Below are positions 55,444 through 64,000 of a stretch of DNA of 64,000 nucleotides, one piece after another; position 1 is the first letter of the stretch; every line of letters starts with the position of its first letter. The position numbers and the translations under genes were made by a program. This DNA comes from Eledone cirrhosa. Taxonomy: Eukaryota. The notes beneath the pieces were generated by a model. It ran no database searches and was not told where the DNA came from. It worked only from the letters and a program-made list of their open reading frames with translations. The DNA is taken from NCBI GenBank assembly GCA_964016885.1, contig OZ024753.1, positions 3,286,001-3,350,000 on the forward strand, given 5' to 3'.

Positions 55444-55444
55444 C

Positions 55445-55522
<78 letters not shown>

Positions 55523-56391
55523 GTATGTATGTATGTATGTATATAATGTTTGTGTCTTACACTGTGTCTCAACCCATGTATACACGCAATCACGGATTTA
55601 TTGTTGTTTAACCCTTGGGAAATCTTGAGAAATACTACTTATCTTCTTAAAATTTATATTTTTGCTCACGCAACGGTTATGTATGTATTTATGATGATCA
55701 ATTAATTAGTATGTAATTGGAAAACAATAGCTAAGATGAAGGATCGAAACCGTGTCCTACCTTTTACTTGTAGACTCGCCTCTAGATTTGAGATGTCAAG
55801 ATAAGAATAAACAAACAAATCAACACATTTTCAAGCAAGCAGCCGTATCTATGTGTGTGGGTGTATTTCTGCGGAACCACATCTGTTTATTGGATCGCTT
55901 AAGTTAAAGGATTTTGGCGTTGACATTTCCTACTAAATGTCTCGAAGTACATAATTGTGTCAACACACACAGACACACATGGTGTTTGGTTTAAATATTT
56001 GCTGATTCGGGGTGTGAAAAAACTATTAATAAGGTGTTGTTTGATCGTTAAATGATACAGTTTATATACATGATTTGTGATGCTGTTTTTAAGAGTCGAG
56101 CTAAATTATTTAATTCTCAATGATTCAGCATGTTAAGTATAAGTAGAATTGTTTTAGTTTGCGGCGTTTGTCCTTACCAAAATGAAAAATTGTGATGACC
56201 TGGCATTTGACTATGGCGCAGTTTTCAATTTCTTTCGATTTACAGTATACATAATAAAGTGCATAAAGTGTTGCATCATACTACCAACTTTGGAAAAATG
56301 TTAATATAACTTACTATCATTAAAATCGTTTTAAACAGAGACGTGAGCATGCGTTGCATTTTCTGCACTACAACACGCATGTACCGTTCTA

Positions 56392-56675
56392 AAAAGTCTG
56401 TCTTAAACTATTTGAGTCTCATAAGACCGGTGCTTATTCCGGTTACATGGCGTGAAGCGATTGAGAGTACAAGACTCCTCCCTGGACAGGACGCCAGTCC
56501 ATCGCCAGATTAAACCCACCAGCTATTGCTGGTACTTCTTTTCAGCTGAATATATTGGAGCAACGTGAAATGAAATGTTTTGCTCAAGAACACAACACGC
56601 AACCCATCCCAGGAATCGAACCCACGACTGTATGATCGTAATCCTAACACCCTTATCGTTAGACCACGCGCCTCC
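56392..56675 (-). mobile_element. SINE family C
   Basis: Reverse complement of the 42430 copy; repeated TACCGTTC on both flanks. Confidence 0.85.
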
Positions 56676-59459
56676 AGGATTTACCGTTCCAGTGCATTAA
56701 AAACACATGTTTTCAATATATCTAAATATCGATTTCTATCTCACTTTAAAAATTCCAAGCCCACGTACAGTCTATACATGACCCGTAGTTGTGCCACAGT
56801 CTAGTGATTAAAGTGATCTACTGCGGCGAAGAGTAAGGAATTCCCATCACTTATTTATTGGTAGAGGAGCAGAATTGTTCGAAGAGTATCGAGTTTGACT
56901 CTAAGCGTTCCCATTTCAAATCCCATATCTCGTCATCGTAAAAGTGGTGACATGAAAGAACATCTTATTTGATACCACTTCATAGGAAGACGGCAAAATA
57001 TGCACAGGTGTAAACTGCAACAACAACAACTATAAAATGAAATTATACCACGTGTAATATATATAGTGTGAAAATGAATTACGTATTTCATTTTCACAGC
57101 CCTTATAGTTGGTAGTAAACATTACAAAGTAGCGAACTATCTTAAGTAGGAACTTCTTTCTTCCTGAGTTTATTTTTATTGTAATTTTATTGAATAGATT
57201 TTCTAGACCACCCATAGCAATAAATACCTTAATCCTCACCACCAACATCGTACTACTTATACTCATCACGATATACTATGTTAGTATTAGGCCCCTTTTA
57301 TATGTAGCTAACAACGAACTCTTCTTATTCCAATTAGTTGGCAACTAACCAGTCTTAAGGCCTCTTGCCAAAATAACAGTTACAGTTCTTCTCTACGAAT
57401 ACAGTGTTTTAAACATCCATGTACCTTGTACATGTTTTCTCGTTACGATTTTTTTTATTTAAAGGCTGGCACTAAAGTCGCAGAAACTAGCTCAATGTCA
57501 TTCCACTGGCAGTTTGGATTCATGTCGCGCTTGGGTAGATTGTGCCTTTTATTTTTTCTAGATCAATGAAATTAGTATCAGTCACCTGTTTCCCTACCTC
57601 AACAAACCCATGGCCTTCTGCCAATATACGAAATCGTTATTTTTACTTAGCCAAGTAATGTAAAATATTTTTTTAGTCAGCGCTATACACGTCCAACCCA
57701 CTTACTGCATTTCTTAATTTAAATCAACCATATCAATTCAACTTGTTCCTAATGCTCATTAATCCTCCCTAGTTCTAGTAATGCCCGCTACTTATCTCAA
57801 ATCAGCGTTTCTCTCTGTCACCCATCCCCACCCCAATCCAATCAAATCAAAATTGCTTTACTGTAACTTATATATTTATATTTTATCGTTCCCAATACCT
57901 CATTGAAAACGCCCGAAGCAACATTTTCTCAAGAAAATATATCACCGTGTAAGTGCTCCATTATCCGGTTTTATGGGATTTCCAGCTCATCGTGAATAAA
58001 TACATAAATAAATAAATAGATAAATAAACAAATAATAGGGGATTTAAGAAATATAAAAAAAAGTTGGTATGTATTCGACCCACGTAGTAATGACCCGAAT
58101 AACAGTCGATCACTTTTAACAATAGTTGAGAAAGTCGAACATAATGCCCCAGGAAACCGTCGAAACTGAACCTTCGAGGAATCGAAGCTCATATCGCACC
58201 AAAATATGCAGGGGTAATTTTCTTAACTAATATTTATAGTGATCGATAGTTATTGTGGTCTCTTCCGTGTTTGGACGACTACATTTCTAATATAAGTAAA
58301 TACAAATACACTGCCAACCTCATCATTAATTGACACATCACGGTGACCACTTCAGTATATTTGGGTTGTCATATAAGTTTATCCCTTTCTTACATGAGAC
58401 TAGCATATAGAACTACCACAAGTTATATATTAATTATCACTTCAGTTAGATACATACATTATTACTGTGGCTTTCAAACTTTTCTTTACACAAAAAGGCT
58501 TTTATTTCAATAAATTTCAATGAAGTATAGATTTATACGGCGATAATAGTTATCAACAAAGAAAGATGTTTATACGTATAGAATAAATATGCAAGAGCGT
58601 GTGAATAACATGTTGTTAACGAAGTAATTCAGTTTGAACTTTGCTGCCCTATCCTAGGGATATGCGGAGCCCAGTGTGGGAACAGTTGCATTACATGTAT
58701 TTCTGAATCACGGTATGCCAGATGGACATAATGTCACCCTCTTGTTCGAATGATAGGATTTCTCAATAGCATGAAGAAAGTTGTGCAATATTTCTATAAA
58801 AGTTGTTAACTGTCACGTTTCTGTATAAATATAATGAGAAACAAATTCAGCAATTATGTAATATTTGAGTAGCTTACCGCGCTTACATTACATAATAATG
58901 ATTTTCGTTATTGTATATACTTTGTTTTCCCTCTATATCTGGAGTAACAATTGCCATCTCACGGTGATAGGAAATTGCTTCCATTCAATGTATTTATGTT
59001 TTCTAAGATGACTAAAGTAGGTATCAGATTAACCACGTTAAAAAATCATCTCTTGAATCACGGTACAACGATAGATTCGTCAGTTAGACACACACAAAGT
59101 CTCAATGTGGAGCATTACATAACCATGTATATTTTAGATAAAGTCCCATATAGTTCACGGATGGAAGAAATTTAGTTTCGAATTTCTTATATATGTTTGT
59201 ATAATATATCTATCTCTTCCTTTTATATATAATGATGGCAGCATTAACCAGGAAACAACCCCACCAACCCTCCCAATCCCTTCCTTCTACATTCACCATA
59301 CCAATTCCTTTCTCAGTTTCTACGATTCACTACAGAAAAATAAAACCAAAATACCACTGATTCAATTACGAAATAAGTTTATTAGTGTCAAAGATCTCCA
59401 ATTTCACTTGATTACAGTCAAAGTAATGTGTTAGTATGGTGGTGATGGAGATGTGAGGG

Positions 59460-59645
59460 TGATGGTGGTGGAACTAGTACAACCATCGCTGTGGTGGGGC
59501 TGACGGTGAGGGAACTGACGGTGGTGGAACTAGTACAACCATCACTGTGGTGGGGCTGACGGTGGTGGAACTACTACTACCATCGCTGTGGTGGTGGTGG
59601 TGACGGTGGTGGAACTACTACTACCATCGCCGTGGTGGTGGTGAT
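59460..59645. repeat. GGT-rich tandem repeat (~42-45-bp unit GGTGGTGGAACTA.TAC.ACCATC.CTGTGGTGG)
   Basis: Four recognisable units. Confidence 0.8.
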
Positions 59646-61833
59646 GACTGTTGTGGAATTTGTGGTTGCTTGGCAGTTTTGTGGTGATGTGGTGTATAAT
59701 ATTGTTGATGTTAGGGTGAAAATAGTAGTGTGGGTGTTAGTGTGGGTGGTGTTGAGTGTAATCTATATCGGCGGCGGTTTAATGGAGAGTGGCAGTAAAA
59801 ATGCTTGGGATGATTGAATTGGGAGATACATTATGGCGGCTATTTCCTGCTGGTGTTTGGCACTGAGTGGTGTTATTGTAAAGTTGTGGTATATGGTTGC
59901 TAAATTAACGGGTGGTGGTACGAGTGGCGGGTATGATATTTGAAACAGTGGAGGAGGTAAAGACACCTGACAACGTTGGCCGTGGTGGTTTTCATGGTAT
60001 CTTTCTAGATTATCATAAGTGCAGGAGTTGCTGTGTTATTGTCGATAAGTTTTGTACTGTGTAGTTTGTTTCATGGTTTTTATGAGAGTCAGGTTTCGGT
60101 GCCAGTGTTCGCCGATTGTGTCAGATATATCTCTTAAATCAATACAAATTTAATGACGAAATTCAAATTTTTAACAAATAAAAACACACAAAAACAAAAC
60201 AAGAAATTATTTACGTCCCAAGACTAAAATCCTGGTGTTCTTTTCGATAACATTTGTTAGTTAGATGAACCAATTCGAGTGATTAGATTGAAGACTTGTT
60301 GTTTACGCTATCCTCATTTTAAAGACAATGAGTTTCTATCGAACCTTGAAACGACCATATAAAATTACCTCTTTAGTCTAATGTCATTCTCATTTGAAAG
60401 ATGTTAAGGGAAGCCTGTTCATATCCAAATAGCCGTAAGCTGCTGAAATAACCTCATAGAACCCCTATCAATGCTTTCGTGTAGTATCAATTTTAAAGTC
60501 GATAGTTGAGGAAGACCTAGTCGAATTATTGAACTCTTGCTGGTTGGAGTTAATGGAAATTGAATTTTCGGGTTAGCTAGGTTGATATCGTTAAAGAAAA
60601 TTTCGAGTGAATTTTAGTGATGCTGATATAAACCAGCGTGGAATTAGATGTTATAGTTGAAGTAATTTATGACATTTTAGGCATTGATGAAAGCGGGGAT
60701 AACGGTAGTGATATTTAGTGTATGAGTTACGGGGCTTCGTGGAGGCTTGAGAGATTTATGGCGATGGTAGTGGTAGTAGTGGTAATGATGGAAATTTTGA
60801 TAATGGTGTGATTTGAGAAGAAGCAGATAGCGGTGGTAATGGCGTTGGGAAGTTTTAAGAAAGATTTTGCTATGGCATGAAAAGGGGCTGCATGGAAATA
60901 GATATTTTATCTCAACAGCACACAGCAATGCGATAAAAGGGATTACTTGCTTGACCATTCTAGATCAGAGGTATCCATCGACAATTGATCAGCCATATTA
61001 GATTTCAAAGCGAGAAATGCAAAATAGGATTTGTTACCTTCATGCCTCTCCCAGTTGTATTAGCGGTGTCAGTGAAGTGAAAGGGCTTCAAAGGTTTGTA
61101 CAAATGCTTCATTAAACTTCGCTTGCTCTGAGATTACCTTTTGCCATGCCTCGACCTTCTCGTATAAACACATGCTCACACGGACACATATGCTCTCTCT
61201 CTCTCTCTCTCTCTTTCACACACGGATACACACATTCCAAACACTCTGAAACGCATAAATACATGCATGCTCACATACAGACGCACACACATATTCTCAC
61301 GTAAATGGAGAATCATATAAACACATGTTCACTTACAAAAACATTCACCTAGACACACACAAAGACAAACTATATATATATACGCACATGTTCACACACA
61401 CAAACACACACTCTACACATACAAACATATAAACATATAAACACAAGCTCACATACGTACATACATAATTAAATACTTGCATAAATACATAAATACATAA
61501 ATACATAAATACATAAATACAGTTACTCAAATAAACATACTAAGACACAAACAGAAACGATCTCATATACGTACAAACATACTACAGTACACACATACCA
61601 CAGTACACACATACTACAGTACACACATACCATTACACACACACATACCACCGTACAAACATACCACCGTACACACATACCACTGTACACACATAGTCCA
61701 TTTAAACATGCTCACATATTTAAACACGCAAACATAAATATATAGAGAGAGGGGGTGATAGAGTGTTTGTGTATGTGAGAGAAAAAAAGATAGAGAGAGA
61801 GAGAGAGGGAGAGAGAGAGAGGGAGAGAGATAG

Positions 61834-61865
<32 letters not shown>

Positions 61866-62251
61866 CAACATATATTCCCTTATACACTACACAGATATCA
61901 TAAAAGAGGATCACTTGTTAGAAACAGATGAAACGTGTTTATTCTCTAACCAATACTAACATAACGTTGTGTATGACAAAACGATTTAGCTTCGTTTCTT
62001 AATAAGGCATTTAGGAGGCGGTTCTTTATCAAGATACTGCATCGGCTGCAGCAACAGCAGTAGCAGCACCAGCTGTAGGGATTAATTGCTAGAAGATATA
62101 GCAATATTTTAATTAGATTTTCTTCTCGGATGTTGAAGCTCAAATGAACTCATCATCACCATTTATAGAAACGTTATCTATATAAAGATCGTTCAGGTAT
62201 GACTGTGTAGAATCACTAGATAATTTAAGAGGGGGAAAGTATATGTCGGCC

Positions 62252-62314
<63 letters not shown>

Positions 62315-62354
62315 TACATACTGACTTACACACACAGACACACACACACATATA

Positions 62355-62408
<54 letters not shown>

Positions 62409-62480
62409 AACACAAACACACACACACATATATATATGTATATATATATATATATATATATACAAACACAAACACACACA

Positions 62481-62695
62481 GTAATGTGGTCGTGTGGGAG
62501 ACACGGTAAAAAGGCTCCCAGTCCACACTGTAAATGTGGTTGGTGTTAGGAAGGGCATCCAGCCGTAGAAAACTTGCCAGGGACAGTTCTGTACGAGCGG
62601 GACACGGTCTCCCGACCAATCTCATCTCAAGTGGGACAAAACTGTCCAACCCATGGTAGCGTGGAAGATGGACGTTAAACGATGATGATGATGAT
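62481..62695 (+). mobile_element. 5'-truncated SINE/RTE-like tail related to family A
   Basis: GGTGTTAGGAAGGGCATCCAGCCGTAGAAA ... GGACGTTAAAC(GAT)n. Confidence 0.75.
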
Positions 62696-63208
62696 ATATA
62701 TATATGCGTGTGTGTTTGTGTGTCTGTGTGTCTGTGTGTGTGTATTTGTATATATAAACAAATATGTCATGTACACATGCATATAATAGATGCCATGCAT
62801 ACATATGCAGGTTTAACCCATCAATCATTATTTATGGTCAAGTTGTGTCTCCTGAGGGTCATGTATATTTATATAGGGTGAGGTCCCTCTATATTTATAT
62901 ACTGTCAATCAAAGGTTAAATATATAAACCAGTAAGATTATATAGAGAACTTTGCCCTAGCTCTAACACCTGACTTACATCAGAACTAATAGTAACTGCA
63001 TTGTCTATAAACCTTACATGCTTCAGTGGAAAATATGGTTAGTTTACAGAAATGCTTCGCACTGCACGTACACACACACACACGCATATACACAATCACG
63101 AATACAAATGAACATATATGCAATTATATAAGGGTGCATACATCATTTTATATGCATACACTCAGTCATGCAGCTTTCTCTCTCTTTATATATATATATA
63201 TAACTATT

Positions 63209-63329
<121 letters not shown>

Positions 63330-63590
63330 AGAGAGAGAGAGAGAGAAAGAGAGCGAGAGAAAGGGGAAGAAAGAGAGAGAGATAATGAGGGTGAAATAGA
63401 GAGATGCACTCATCAAAATGGCTGCAATTAAGGCAAATGAAGAGGAATTTAATTAAACATAAATGCTTCTTGCTTTATTACAAGTTGTGATTTCCTGGTC
63501 ACTTGGGCTTTTGAAACGTCTTCTAATTATCAAATTTGCTAAAATTTAATTACAGAATGGAAGTATATCAGCATTAAAATGCAAATAAAA

Positions 63591-63622
<32 letters not shown>

Positions 63623-63872
63623 ATCTCACCTATATCAAGCGTAAAACTAATAATATATTTCTTTATTGTACTGTGTCGTTTACTTTGTTGTTTCTGTCTG
63701 CCATTTGCATACGTAAAGTATCTTTACCAAAACACAGCCACTGCTATTGCTATTAACTAATAAGTGTGCACTCTGAAGTGCATCGAGATGCAGTTCCACA
63801 ACTGCAATTTTATTGAGTTAGTGAGTCATGGCCGGAGATCGTTGAAATAACATCACTGACTTTGTAAACCCT

Positions 63873-63947
<75 letters not shown>

Positions 63948-64000
63948 CCAATGATGGTTGGCATAGTAATGGTCTAGGATTTTACTACATCGATTTCGAT

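Noticed and set aside
61946-62143. Cys-rich ORF WCCYCCCSRC with a plausible acceptor
   Set aside because: The cysteines come from a short CAG/CTG repeat; no further support.

Overview
This is AT-rich animal genomic DNA, almost entirely non-coding. It is most likely from an octopus (coleoid cephalopod), judging by the very dense (TA)n/(CA)n/(GA)n microsatellites and the recurrent tRNA-derived SINE families; the species call is inference. No full protein-coding gene can be established, and nearly every ORF in the supplied track is translated microsatellite. Recognisable elements are: several SINE families, RTE and Vingi/Ingi LINE remnants, a bipartite non-autonomous RTE derivative that keeps a C2H2 finger, hAT-type MITEs with 8-bp TSDs, and minisatellites. 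The most striking signal is a set of short elements, mostly abutting (TA)n runs. Many are fold-back hairpins (one inverted arm plus a longer arm), and several carry minimal type-I hammerhead ribozyme folds; in two cases both strands encode one. They are best explained as Penelope-like element (PLE) pLTR remnants or retrozyme-like elements. A by-eye switch from CpG-poor (1-35 kb) to CpG-rich (>36 kb) sequence coincides with a promoter-like segment at about 37 kb and tentative minus-strand exons, suggesting a gene transcribed leftwards.
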